From Squalus acanthias (taxonomy: Eukaryota), in NCBI GenBank assembly GCA_030390025.1, contig CM059431.1, positions 99,698,001 through 99,762,000 on the forward strand: a stretch of DNA of 64,000 bases, read 5' to 3'. Made by a program: the position numbers and the translations under genes. Positions 1 to 15,323 of this stretch are shown here, in pieces. The first letter of the stretch is position 1. Each line of letters opens with the position of its first letter. The notes beneath the pieces are model-generated. The model searched no databases, had not been told where the DNA came from, and saw only the letters and a program-made list of their open reading frames with translations.

Positions 1-245
1 GGAACACCATCACCTCTAAGTTCCCCTCCAAGTCACACACCATCCTGAGTTAGAAGTATATCGCCGATCCTTCATCGTCGCTGGGTCAAAATCCTGGAAC
101 TCCCTCCCTAACAGCACTGTGGGAGCACCTTCACCACACGGACTGCAGCGGTTCAAGAAGGCGGCTCACCACCACCTTCTCAAGGGGCAACTAGGGATGG
201 GCAATAAATGCTGGCCTTGCCAGCGACCCCCACATCCCATAAACA
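1..245 (+). mobile_element. 3' end of a CR1-group non-LTR retrotransposon (family B, as at 19141-21606), cut by the window edge
   Basis: Near-identical to 21351-21590 and 17500-17745 (aagtcacacaccatcctga...gggcaataaatgctggccttgccagcga), followed by an A-rich tail. Confidence 0.9.
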
Positions 246-257
246 AATTAAACAAAA

Positions 258-3200
258 CTCAGACACACACACTCACACACACACTCACACACACTCTCGC
301 ACTCAGACACACACACTCGCACTCACACACACACTCACACACTCTCTTGCACTCAGACACACACACTTGCACGCACACTCACACACACTCGCACTCACCA
401 CACACACACTCACACTCACACACACTCGCACTCACACACACATTCACACACACTCGCACTCACACACACACTCGCACTCTCACACACACTCACACACACT
501 CACACACACTCGCACTCTCACACACACTCTCTCGCACTCACACACACTCACATGCACACTCGCACTCTCACACACTCGCACTCACACACACTCGCACTCA
601 CACACACACTCGCACTCACACACACACTCTCTCGCACTCACACACACACTCACATGCACACTCACACACACTCGCACTCACACACACACACACACACTCA
701 CACTCACACTCACACACACTCTGACACACACTCACACACACTCGCACTCGCTCACACACTCACACACACTCGCACTCAGACACACACTCGCACACACTCA
801 CACACACACACACACTCACACACACTCGCACTCAGACACACACTCGCATGCACACTCACACTCTCTCGCACTCGCACACACTCACACACACTTGCACTCA
901 GACACACACTCGCACGCACACTCATACACACTCACACACTCTCTCGTACTCACACACTCTCTCGCACTCAGACACACTCGCATTCGCACACACTCGCACG
1001 CACACTCACGCACACACACTCTCGCATTCACACACTCGCACTCAACACTCTCTCGCACTCACACACTCTCGCACTCACACACTCTCTCGCACTCACACAC
1101 TCTCTCGCACTCGCGCACACACTCGCACACACATTCACACTCGCATTCACACTCGCACACACACTCGCACTCAACACTCTCTTGCACTCACACACTCTCT
1201 CGCACTCACACACTCTCTCGCACTCACACACACGCTCACACACTCTCGCATTCAGACACATGTTCACACACTCTCGCACTCACTCTCGCACTCAGACACA
1301 CGCTCACACACTCTCGCACTCACACACACTCGCACTCAGACACACGCTCACACACTCTCGCATTCAGACACACGCTCACACACTCTCGCACTCACACATG
1401 CTCGCACTCAGACACACTCGCACTCACTCTCGCACTCAGAAACACGCTCACACACTCTCACTCACACACTCTCGCACTCAGACACACTCGCACTCAGACA
1501 CACACTCACACACACTCGCACTCACACTCTCGCACTCACTCTCTCGCACTCAGACACACGCTCACACACACTCGCACTCACATTCTCGCACTCACACACT
1601 CTCGCACTCAGACACACGCTCACACACTCTCGCACTCAGACACACGCTCACACACTCTCGCACTCACACTCTCGCACTCAGACACACGCTCACACACTCT
1701 CGCACTCACTCTCGCACTCAGACTCACGCTCACACACTCTCGCACTCACTCTCGCACTCAGACTCACGCGTACACACTCTCGCTCTCACTCTCGCACTCA
1801 CACACTCTCGCACTCACACACTCTCGCACTCACTCTCGCACTCAGACACACGCTCACACACTGTTGCACTCAGACACACTCGCACTCAGACACACTCGCA
1901 CTCAGACACACTCGCACTCAGACACACGCTCACACACTCTCGCACTCACACACTCTCTCGCACTCAGACACACGCTCACACACTTTCGCACTCACACTCT
2001 CGCACTCACACTCTCGCAATCACACTCTCGCAATCACACTCTCGCACTCAGACACACGCTCACACACACTCACACTCAGACACACGCTCACACAGTCGCT
2101 CACACACTCTCGCACTCACACTGTCGCACTCACACACTCTCGCACTCACACACTCGCACTCAGACACTCTCGCACTCACACTCTCGCACTCACACTCTCG
2201 CACTCACACTCTCGCACTCACACTCTCGCACTCACACTCTCGCACTCACACTCTCGCACTCACACTCTCGCACTCACACACTCTCGCACTCACACACTCT
2301 CGCACTCACACTCTCGCACTCACACACTCTCGCACTCACACACACGCTCACACACTCTCGCACTCAGACACATGCTCACACACTCTCGCACTCACACACT
2401 CTCGCACTCAGAAACACGCTCACACACTCTCGCACTCAGAAACACGCTCACACACTCTCGCACTCACACTCTCGCACTCAGACACACGCTCACACACTCT
2501 CGCGCTCACACTCTCGCACTCACACTCTCGCACTCAGACACACGCTCACACACTCTCGCACTCACACACTCTCGCTCTCACACTCTCGCACTCAGACACA
2601 CGCTCACACACTCTCGCACTCTCACACTCTCGCACTCACACTCAGACACACGCTCACACACTCTCGCTCACACACTCTCGCACTCACACTCTCGCACTCA
2701 CACTCTCGCACTCACACTCTCGCACTCACACTCTCGCACTCCCACTCTCGCACTCCCACTCTCGCACTCAGACACACGCTCACACATTCTCGCACTCACA
2801 CTCAGACACACTCGCACTCAGACACACGCTCACACACTCTCGCACTCACACTCTCGCACTCAGACACACGCTCTTGCACTCACACACTCGCACTCAGACA
2901 CACACTCGCACACACACTCGCACACACTATCGCACTCACACACACTCACATGCACACACACTCACACACACTCACACACACTCACACTCTCACACACACT
3001 CTCTCGCACTCACACACACACTCACATGCACACTCACACACACTCTCACACACACTCGCACTCTCACACACTCGCACTCACACACACACTCGCACTCTCA
3101 CACACACTCTCTCGCACTCACTCGCACTCACACACACTCTCGCACTCAGACACACACTCACACACGCACTCGCACACACTCACACACACTCACACACACT

Positions 3201-6200
3201 CACACACACTCGCACTCACACACACAATCACACTCACACACACTCGCACTCAGACACACACTCGCATGCACACTCACACACACTCACACACTCTCTCGTA
3301 CTCACACACTCTCTCGCACTCAGACACACTCGCATTCGCACACACTCGCACGCACACTCACGCACACACACGCACTCAACACTCTCTCGCACTCACACTC
3401 TCGCACTCACACACTCTCTCGCACTCACACACTCTCTCGCACTCACACACTCTCTCGCACTCGCGCACACACTCGCACACACATTCACACTCGCATTCAC
3501 ACTCGCACACACACTCGCACTCAACACTCTCTTGCACTCACACACTCTCTCGCACTCACACACTCTCTCGCACTCAGACACACGCTCACACACTCTCGCA
3601 CTCACACACTCTCTCGCACTCAGACACACGCTCACACACTCTCGCATTCAGACACATGTTCACACACTCTCGCACTCACTCTCGCACTCAGACACGCGCT
3701 CACACACTCTCGCACTCACACACACTCGCACTCACACACACGCTCACACACTCTCGCATTCAGACACACGCTCACACACTCTCGCACTCACACATGCTCG
3801 CACTCAGACACACTCGCACTCACTCTCGCACTCAGAAACACGCTCACACACTCTCACTCACACACTCTCGCACTCAGACACACTCGCACTCAGACACACA
3901 CTCACACACTCTCGCACTCACACTCTCGCACTCACACTCTCGCACTCAGACACATTCTCACACACACTCGCACTCACACTCTCGCACTCACTCTCTCGCA
4001 CTCAGACACACGCTCACACACACTCGCACTCACATTCTCGCACTCACACACTCTCGCACTCAGACACACGCTCACACACTCTCGCACTCAGACACACGCT
4101 CACACACTCTCGCACTCACACTCTCGCACTCAGACACACTCTCGCACTCACTCTCGCACTCACTCTCGCACTCACTCTCGCACTCACTCTCGCACTCACT
4201 CTCGCACTCAGACTCACGCTCACACACTCTCGCACTCACTCTCGCACTCAGACTCACGCGTACACACTCTCGCTCTCACTCTCGCACTCACACACTCTCG
4301 CACTCACACACTCTCGCACTCACTCTTGCACTCAGACACACGCTCACACACTGTTGCACTCAGACACACTCGCACTCAGACACACTCGCACTCAGACACA
4401 CTCGCACTCAGACACACGCTCACACACTCTTGCACTCACACACTCTCGCACTCAGACACACGCTCTCACACTCTCGCACTCACACTCTCGCACTCACACT
4501 CTCGCACTCACACTCTCGCACTCACACTCTCGCACTCACACTCTCGCACTCAGACACACGCTCACACACTGTTGCACTCACACACACTCGCACTCAGACA
4601 CACTCGCACTCAGACACACGCTCACACACTCTCGCACTCACACACTCTCGCACTCACACTCTCGCACTCACACACTCGCAATCACACACTCGCAATCACA
4701 CACTCGCAATCACACACTCGCACTCAGACACACGCTCACACACTCTCGCACTCAGACACACGCTCACACACTCTCGCACTCAGACACACGCTCACACACT
4801 CTCGCACTCAGACACACGCTCACTCACTCTCGCACTCACTCTCGCACTCACTCTCGCACTCACTCTCGCACTCACTCTCGCACTCCCTCTCGCACTCACT
4901 CTCGCACTCACTCTCGCACTCACTCTCGCACTCACTCTCGCACTCAGACTCACGCTCAGACTCACGCTCACACACTCTCGCACTCACTCTCGCACTCAGA
5001 CTCACGCGTACACACTCTCGCTCTCACTCTCGCACTCACACACTCTCGCACTCACACACTCTCGCGCTAACTCTCGCACTCAGACACACGCTCACACACT
5101 GTTGCACTCAGACACACTCGCACTCAGACACACTCGCACTCAGACACACTCGCACTCAGACACACGCTCACACACTCTTGCACTCAGACACACGCTCACA
5201 CACTCTCGCACTCAGACACACTCGCACTCAGACACACGCTCACACACTTTCGCACTCACACTCTCGCACTCACACTCTCGCACTCACTCTCGCACTCACA
5301 CACTCGCAATCACACACTCGCAATCACACACTCGCAATCACACACTCGCAATCACACACTCGCACTCAGACACACGCTCACACACTCTCGCACTCAGACA
5401 CACGCTCACACACACTCGCACTCGCACTCAGACACACGCTCACACACTCACACACACTCGCTCTCAGACACACGCTCACACACTCTCGCACTCGCACTCA
5501 GACACGCTCACACACACTCGCACTCAGACACACGCTCACACACTCTCGCACTCGCACTCAGACACATGCTCACACACACTCGCACTCAGACACACACTCG
5601 CACTCAGACACACACTCACACACACTCGCACTCAGACACACGCTCACACACTCTCGCACTCACACACTCGCACTCACACACTCGCACTCACACACTCGCA
5701 CTCACACACTCGCACTCACACACTCGCACTCACGCACTCGCACTCACGCACTCGCACTCAGACACACGCTCACACACTCTCTCGCACTCAGACACACTCG
5801 CATTCGCACACACTCGCATTCGCACACTCACGCACGCACACTCTCGCACTCACACACTCTCTCGCACACACACTCTCTCGCACACACACATGCTCGCACT
5901 CGCACTCGCACACACACTCACACTCAACACACACTCGCACTCACACACACACTCACACTCAACACACACTCGCACTCACACACACACTCACACTCACACT
6001 CACACACACACTCACACACACACTCACACACACACTCACACACACACTCACACACACACTCACACTCACACACCCACTCGCACTCTCACACACACTCTCT
6101 CGCACTCACACACACACTCACACGCACACTCACACACACTTGCACTCGCACACACACTCACACATACTTGCACTCAGACACACACTTGCACGCACACTCA

Positions 6201-9200
6201 CACACACACTCTCTCGCACTCACACACACACATACTCTCGCACTCACACACTCTCTCGCACTCAGACACACTCGCACTCGCACACACACTCGCACACGCA
6301 TTCACACTCGCATTCACACTCGCACTCAACACTCTCTCGCACTCACACACTCTCTCGCACTCACACACTCTCTCGCACTCACACACTCTCTCGCACACTC
6401 TCACACTCACACACTCTCTCGCACTCAGACACACGCTTACACACTCTCGCATTCAGACACACGTTCACACACTCTCGCACTCACACATGCTCGCACTCAG
6501 ACACACTCGCACTCACTCTCGCACTCAGAAACACGCTCACACACTCTCACTCACACACTCTCGCACTCAGACACACTCGCACTCAGACACACACTCACAC
6601 ACTCTCGCACTCACACTCTCGCACTCAGACACATTCTCACACACACTCGCACTCACTCTCGCACTCACTCTCTCGCACTCAGACACACGCTCACACACAC
6701 TCGCACTCACATTCTCGCACTCACACACTCTCGCACTCAGACACACGCTCACACACACTCGCACTCACATTCTCGCACTCACACACTCTCGCACTCAGAC
6801 ACACGCTCACACACTCTCGCACTCAGACACACGCTCACACACTCTCGCACTCACACTCTCGCACTCAGACACACGCTCACACACTCTCGCACTCACTCTC
6901 GCACTCAGACTCACGCTCACACACTCTCGCACTCACACACTCTCGCACTCACTCTCGCACTCACACACTCTCGCACTCACTCTCGCACTCAGACACACGC
7001 TCACACACTGTTGCACTCACACACACTCGCACTCACACACACTCGCACTCAGACACACTCGCACTCAGACACACTCGCACTCAGACACACTCGCACTCAG
7101 ACACACTCGCACTCAGACACACTCGCACTCAGACACACGCTCACACACTCTTGCACTCACACACTCTCGCACTCACACTCTCGCACTCAGACACACGCTC
7201 TCACACTCTCGCACTCACACACACTCGCACTCAGACACACGCTCACACACTCTTGCACTCACACACTGTTGCACTCACACTCTCGCACTCAGACACACGC
7301 TCACACACTGTTGCACTCACACACTCTCGCACTCACACACTCTCTCGCACTCAGACACACTCGCACTCAGACACACGCTCACACACTTTTGCACTCACAC
7401 ACTCTCGCACTCACACTCTCGCACTCAGACACACGCTCTCACATTCTCGCACTCACACTCTCGCACTCGCACTCAGACACACGCTCACACACTGTTGCAC
7501 TCACACACACTCGCACTCAGACACACTCGCACTCAGACACACTCGCACTCAGACACACGCTCACACACTCTCGCACTCAGACACACTCGCACTCAGACAC
7601 ACTCGCACTCAGACACACTCGCACTCAGACACACGCTCACACACTCTCGCACTCACACACTCTCTCGCACTCAGACACACTCGCACTCAGACACACGCTC
7701 ACACACTTTCGCACTCACACTCTCGCACTCACACTCTCGCACTCACACTCTCGCAATCACACACTCGCACTCAGACACACGCTCACACACTCTCGCACTC
7801 AGACACACGCTCACACACACTCGCACTCAGACACACGCTCACACACTCTCGCACTCGCACTCAGACACACGCTCACACACTCACACACACTCGCACTCAG
7901 ACACACGCTCACACACTCTCGCACTCGCACTCAGACACACGCTCACACACACTCGCACTCAGACACACGCTCACACACTCTCGCACTCGCACTCAGACAC
8001 ATGCTCACATACACTCGCACTCAGACACACACTCACACACACTCGCACTCAGACACACGCTCACACACTCGCTCACACACTCTCGCACTCACACACTCGC
8101 ACTCAGACACACGCTCACACACTCTCGCACTCAGACACACGTCACACACACTCGCACTCAGACACACGCTCACACACACTCACACTCAGACACACGCTCA
8201 CAGTCACTCACACTCTCGCACTCACACTGTCGCACTCACACACTCTCGCACAGTCGCTCACACTCGCACTCAGACACTCTCGCACTCACACTCTCGCACT
8301 CACACACTCTCGCACTCACACACTCTCGCACTCACACACTCTCGCACTCACACACTCTCGCACTCACACACTCTCGCACTCACACACTCTCGCACTCAGA
8401 CACATGCTCACACACTCTCGCACTCACACACTCTCGCACTCAGACTCTCGCACTCACACACTCTCGCACTCAGACACACACTCACACACTCTCGCACTCA
8501 CACTCTCGCACTCAGACACATTCTCACACACACTCGCACTCACACTCTCGCACTCACTCTCTCGCACTCACTCTCTCGCACTCAGACACACGCTCACACA
8601 CTCTCGCACTCACACTCTCGCACTCAGACACACGCTCACACACTCTCGCACTCACTCTCGCACTCAGACTCACGCGTACACACTCTCGCACTCACACACT
8701 CTCGCACTCACTCTCGCACTCACACACTCTCGCACTCACTCTCGCACTCAGACACACGCTCACACACTCTCGCACTCACACTCTCGCACTCAGACACACG
8801 CTCACACACTCTCGCACTCACTCTCGCACTCAGACTCACGCTCACACACTCTCGCACTCACTCTCGCACTCAGACTCACGCGTACACACTCTCGCACTCA
8901 CTCTCGCACTCACACACTCTCGCACTCACTCTCGCACTCACACACTCTCGCACTCACTCTCGCACTCAGACACACGCTCACACACTGTTGCACTCAGACA
9001 CACTCGCACTCAGACACACTCGCACTCAGACACACTCGCACTCAGACACACTCGCACTCAGACACACTCGCACTCAGACACACTCGCACTCAGACACACG
9101 CTCACACACTCTTGCACTCACACACTCTCGCACTCACACTCTCGCACTCAGACACACGCTCTCACACTCTCGCACTCACACTCTCGCACTCAGACACACG

Positions 9201-12025
9201 CTCACACACTGTTGCACTCACACACACTCGCACTCAGACACACTCGCACTCAGACACACGCTCACACACTCTCGCACTCACACACTCTCTCGCACTCAGA
9301 CACACTCTCACACACTTTTGCACTCACACACTCTCGCACTCACACTCTCGCACTCAGACACACGCTCTCACACTCTCGCACTCACACTCTCGCACTCAGA
9401 CACACGCTCACACACTGTTGCACTCACACACACTCGCACTCAGACACACTCGCACTCAGACACACGCTCACACACTCTCGCACTCAGACACACTCGCACT
9501 CAGACACACTCGCACTCAGACACACGCTCACACACTCTCGCACTCACACACTCTCTCGCACTCAGACACACTCGCACACACTTTCGCACTCACACTCTCG
9601 CAATCACACACTCGCACTCAGACACACGCTCACACACTCGCTCACACACTCTCGCACTCACACACTCTCACTCACACACTCGCACTCAGACACACGCTCA
9701 CACACTCTCGCACTCACACACTCGCACTCAGACACACGCTCACACACTCTCGCACTCAGACACACGCTCACACTCACTCGCACTCAGACACACACTCACA
9801 CACACTCACACTCAGACACACGCTCAGTCGCTCACACACTCTCGCACTCACACTGTCGCACTCACACACTCTCGCACTCACACACTCGCACTCAGACACT
9901 CTCGCACTCACACTCTCGCACTCACACTTTCGCACTCACACTCTCGCACTCACACTCTCGCACTCACACACTCTCGCACTCACACACTCTCGCACTCACA
10001 CACTCTCGCACTCAGACACATGCTCACACACTCTCGCACTCACACACTCTCGCACTCAGACACTCTCGCACTCACACTCTCGCACTCACACTCTCGCACT
10101 CACACTCTCGCACTCACACTCTCGCACTCACACACTCTCGCACTCACACACTCTCGCACTCAGACACACGCTCACACACTCTCGCACTCAGACACATGCT
10201 CACACACTCTCGCACTCACACACTCTCGCACTCAGAAACACGCTCACACACTCTCGCACTCAGAAACACGCTCACACACTCTCGCACTCACACTCTCGCA
10301 CTCACACACTCTCGCACTCAGAAACACGCTCACACACTCTCGCACTCAGAAACACGCTCACACACTCTCGCACTCAGAAACACGCTCACACACTCTCGCA
10401 CTCACACTCTCGCACTCAGACACACTCGCACTCAGACACACGCTCACACACTCTCGCACTCAGACACACGCTCACACTCTCGCTCACACACTCTCGCGCT
10501 CAGACACACGCTCACACACTCTCGCGCTCAGACACACGCTCACACACTCTCGCGCTCACACTCTCGCACTCACACTCTCGCACTCACACACTCTCGCTCT
10601 CGCACTCAGACACACGCTCACACACTCTCGCACTCGCGCTCTCGCACTCGCGCTCTCGCACTCTCGCACTCGCACTCTCGCACTCGCACTCTCGCACTCG
10701 CACTCTCGCACTCGCACTCTCGCACTCGCACTCTCGCACTCGCACTCTCGCACTCACACTCTCGCACTCACACTCTCGCACTCACACTCTCGCACTCACA
10801 CACTCTCGCACTCAGACACACGCTCACACACTCTCGCACTCAGACACACGCTCACACACTCTCGCACTCACACACTCTCGCACTCAGAAACACGCTCACA
10901 CACTCTCGCACTCAGAAACACGCTCACACACTCTCGCACTCAGAAACACGCTCACACACTCTCGCACTCACACTCTCGCACTCAGACACACGCTCACACA
11001 CTCTCGCACTCAGACACACGCTCACACTCTCGCTCACACACACTCGCACTCAGACACACGCTCACACACTCGCACTCAGACACATGCTCACACTCTCGCT
11101 CACACACTCTCGCACTCAGACACACGCTCACACACTCTCGCACTCACACTCTCGCACTCACACTCTCGCACTCAGACACACGCTCACACACTCTCGCACT
11201 CACACACTCTCGCTCTCACACTCTCGCACTCAGACACACGCTCACACACTCTCGCACTCACACACTCTCGCACTCACACTCTCGCACTCACACTCTCGCA
11301 CTCACACTCTCGCACTCACACTCTCGCACTCACACTCAGACACACGCTCACACACTCTCGCTCACACACTCTCGCACTCACACTCTCGCACTCAGACACA
11401 CGCTCACACATTCTCGCACTCACACTCAGACACACTCGCACTCAGACACACGCTCACACACTCTCGCACTCACACTCTCGCACTCAGACACACGCTCTTG
11501 CACTCACACTCTCGCACTCAGACACACTCGCACTCAGACACACGCTCACACACTCTCGCACTCACACTCGCACTCAGACACATGCTCACACACACTCTCG
11601 CACTCACACTCGCACTCAGACACACGCTCACACACACTCGCACGCACACACACTCTCTCGCACTCAGACACACACTCACACACTTTCGCACGCACACTCA
11701 CACACACTTGCACGCACACTCACACACACTCGCACGCATACTCACACACACTCGCACGCATACTCACACACACTCTCTCGCACTCAGACACACACTCACA
11801 CTCTCTCGCACGCACACTCACACACACTCGCACGCACACTCACACACACTCTCTCGCACTCACACATACACTCACAGGCACTCACACACACTCTCGCACT
11901 CACTCTCACTCACACACTCATGGCAAAAATTCACACATACACTCAAACACACACTACCAGACACAGACATAGACACACACACACACACACAGACACAGAC
12001 ACACACACACACACTCACACACACA
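258..12025. repeat. About 11.8-kb compound dinucleotide satellite (CA/CT/CG/GA tokens; words CTCGCACTCA, CAGACACACGCTCA) with higher-order repeats
   Basis: Directly visible. The three + frame ORFs of 1600-3800 aa are H/T/S/L/R/A low-complexity artefacts. Confidence 0.98.
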
Positions 12026-12617
12026 TTTATTTTGGTGAATATTTGTGCTTATCAAGGTGAAGGACATTAATGCTGGGAATGAAATATGTTTTTTCATTTC
12101 TATTCCTCAGTGTCAGTGTGTAATGTTCCCAGGTTTGATACGGAGCAAAGCCCTCTTTACTCTGTTGCAACAACGCACCCTGGCGCCAGCCTTTGGAGAG
12201 ACCTACTCCATCAATGGAACATGTTTTCCATTTTCCACACCAGCCATTCTTGTGACCTTTACTGAGTGAGATCGCCCATAGCGCTGCCTCTCTCAAAAGG
12301 GCATCAGCACGGGGAAACTGTGAGCTGTGGCCCACCAGCCAGATTGAGAGCCCTGAAACTCATTTCCTGTAAACAGAGCCAATCGAATTAAACTTCTTGT
12401 GATTCTAGCAGTGGCAGAATCTTTAACACAACGACAGGGGAAAATCCAGTTAAAGTTGTAACATCAACACCTTCAGTAGTTTAACAATACTGCCTCCTCC
12501 AATCACAGCGTGCCGCTGTTCCCACTCAGTGACGCAACATTCTCACTCAACAGTTTGTTTTCTCTTAATCAAAAAAATAGCAAACAGTCATAATTTGCAT
12601 TAATATCTTAACTACAT

Positions 12618-12703
12618 TTGGGACTAATTGGAGAGCTCTTTCACAGAGCCGGCACAGGCACGATGGGCCGAATGGCCCCCCTCTGTGCTGTCAGATTCTA
12701 GGA
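12618..12703 (+). mobile_element. CR1 (HER1-like, tail type a) 3' tail fragment
   Basis: gggactaattggagagctctttcacagagccggcacaggcacgatgggccgaatggcc, same tail as 32940-33030. Confidence 0.85.
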
Positions 12704-12926
12704 TAACATCTCATTTTAGTGTAATTAGCATGTCATTATACCAGTCTCTTAATTCACGTGGGTAATGGATTTCCTTTTATTGACAGGCAAGTCTGCGCCA
12801 GTCATTGATTCTTTGGCCTCTGAAACATCTGTTCACTTTCAGAGAGCTTGCTAAACGGCTCTGATGCTTTCAAACACAGTGGGTGTATAAATTTTCTTCA
12901 TATTATCATCAAACATTGGTCCTAAA

Positions 12927-13198
12927 AATCATAGAATCGCACAGCACAGGAGGAGGCCATTCGGCCCATCGTGCCTGTGCCGGCTCTGTGAACGAGCTCT
13001 TCAATTAGTCCCACTCCCCCCTGCTCTTTCCCCACAGCCCTGCAAATTTTTCCTTTTCTGGTATTTATCCAATTCCCCTTTTGAAAGTTAGGATTGAATC
13101 TGCTTCCACCGCCCTTTCAGGCAGCGCATTCCAGATTCACAACAACTCGCTGCGTAAAAACAATATTCTCCTCATCTCCCCTCTGGTTCTTTTGCCAA
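12927..13198 (-). mobile_element. CR1 3' fragment (tail type a)
   Basis: Reverse complement of the tail at 29700-29990 / 32760-33030. Confidence 0.9.
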
Positions 13199-13585
13199 GT
13201 TCATGGCCGTTCTGATGTAACGTTGGCGGAAGTTCTCTGGAGAGGCTGAAAGCTCAGCTGGGATGTGGAGACACCAGATCCTGCTCACAGGGCAACGTCC
13301 CTGGGCTGGCGTTGTAAGGGCAGAGCCTCCACCTCCCCCTCCAGGGTCATCGATGTAAAGCGGGTCCAGGGCCAGTGATGGGGAACTCCCTACCTTGGGA
13401 ATTCGTACGTCGCGGTCCTCAGTTGAGACCTGGTGTAGGGTTGGCACAGGTACATCTGGTGAAACCAGTCACAGCGCACTTGACGGGGGAGGATGTGACA
13501 CGCACCTGGGGTTACGGGCTGGCATTAGGGCCCGGACTTCGAAGAATGAAAGAAAGGCTTACATTTATATGGAGAAGATGAAGGC

Positions 13586-13982
13586 TTGAGTATAGAAGAT
13601 TAAGAGGTGATCTAATTGAGGTGTTTAAGATGATTAAAGGAGTTGATAGGGTAGATAGAGAGAGAAACTATTTCCTCTGGTGGGGGGAGTCCAGAACAAG
13701 GGGACATCACCTTAAAATTAGAGCCAGGCCGTTCAGGGGTGATGTCAGGAAGCACTTCTTCACACAAAGGGTGGTGGAAATCTGGAACTCTCCCTCCCCA
13801 AAAAGCTGTTGAGGCTGGGGGTCAATTGAAAATTTCAAAACTGAGATGGATAGATTTTTGTTGGGTAAGGGTATTAAGGGTTACGGAACCAAGACGGGTA
13901 GATGAAGTTAAGCTACAGATCAGCCGTGATCTAATTGAATGGTGGAACAGGCTCGAGGGGCTGAGTGGCCTCCTCCTGTTCC
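13586..13982 (+). mobile_element. CR1 3' fragment (tail type c)
   Basis: Encodes RRLRGDLIEVFKMIKG...TRGHHLK...FFTQRVV; near-identical to 48378-48772. Confidence 0.92.
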
Positions 13983-14520
13983 GATAGACCTAGGTAAGTA
14001 CAATACACAGGCAATGCAAATCAACTGCATCTCATCGGGAAGCCTTTGTGATACTTGAATCCTAAGTCGCAGTTACGCACTTTCTGAGTGGGGCCTGCCA
14101 ATAGTGAGGTGTGACGATGGGTGTTTATAGGCTAGGGGCCCTCAGACAGAGAAGAAGGATGGATAGACCCGTGGTTAGTAATCTCCCTTGCACTGCAGTG
14201 GAATGACATCTAATAGAATCACACACCACCCACCAAACACAGCTGACTGCACCAGTACTCAATCAAAAACACATCAATCAAACCACAGCAATCCACTTTG
14301 TATTCTTCTAGAGAAGAAAAGAACTCTGTTTAAAAAAGAAAACAGAGAATGCAACATTTAAAATAAAACACACACACACACGGAAGCCAATCCGTAGCTT
14401 CTTTGTAATGCTAGGAGTTATCACAAAATAATTTCACTTATGTTAAAGCCAGATGACACAACATCACAACAGATAAATTGTGAAGCTGGTGAAATAACCG
14501 CTTAGAACTCATATGCTTTT

Positions 14521-14923
14521 TTTTAATTCATTCACGGGATGTGGGCATCGCTGGCGAGGCCAGCATTTATTGCCCGTGAGAAGGTGGTGGTGAGCCGCCT
14601 TCTTGAATACAACTGAGTGACTCGCTCGGCCATCTCAGAGGGCAGTTAAAAGTCAATCACATTGCTGTGGGTCTGGAGTCACATATCGGCCAGACCGGGT
14701 AAGGACGACAGATTTCCTTCCCTAAAGGACATTAGTGAACCAGATGAGTTTTTACGACAATCCGATAGTTTCATGGTCACCATTACTGATTCTAGCTTTT
14801 TATTCCAGATTTATTTAATTAACTGAATTTAAATTCCCCAGCTGCCGTGGTGGGATTTGAACTCACGTCTCTGGATCATTAGTCTCAGGATTACTAGTCC
14901 AGTGACATCACCACTATGCTACC
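14521..14923 (-). mobile_element. tRNA-derived SINE whose 3' tail is shared with LINE family B
   Basis: Minus strand begins ggtagcatagtggtgatgtcactgg (A-box-like), then gagttcaaatcccacc (B-box). Body matches 43440-43890. Ends aagaaggcggctcaccaccaccttctc...gggcaataaatgctggcc as in family B. Confidence 0.85.
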
Positions 14924-14956
14924 ATATTCATATCGTAAACTAGGAACACATGAAAG

Positions 14957-15106
14957 TCATAGAATGATACAGCACAGAAGGAGGCCATTCAGCCCATCGT
15001 GCCTGTGCCGGCTCTTTGAACGAGCTCTCCAATTAGTCCCACTCCCCCTGCTCTTTCCCCAGAGCCCGGTAAAAATGTTCTTTTCAAGTATTTCTCCAAT
15101 TCCCGT
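14957..15106 (-). mobile_element. CR1 3' tail fragment (type a)
   Basis: tcatagaatgatacagcacagaaggaggccattc... as at 55653. Confidence 0.88.
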
Positions 15107-15323
15107 GTTTTGATTATGTTTAGTGGTATTGTTACTTACAGTGCAGAAAGTTGATAACCAACTTCTCATGAGCAAGAGTGATTAGTTATTTAATATAAAA
15201 AAGCCATCATGTGAAAACAAATTATTTGTGATTAAATTGCACAAATTAGGGGATGCTATGGCAGGGACATATATCGCGACCAACTCGTGCTGGATTTGAC
15301 CCAGTATAAGTTTTACATACAAT

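Noticed and set aside
208..12070. Giant His/Thr/Ser-rich ORFs (1620-3806 aa) in all three + frames
   Set aside because: CA/CT/CG/GA tokens rarely form stop codons; all frames are open with the same low-complexity peptide and there is no gene structure.
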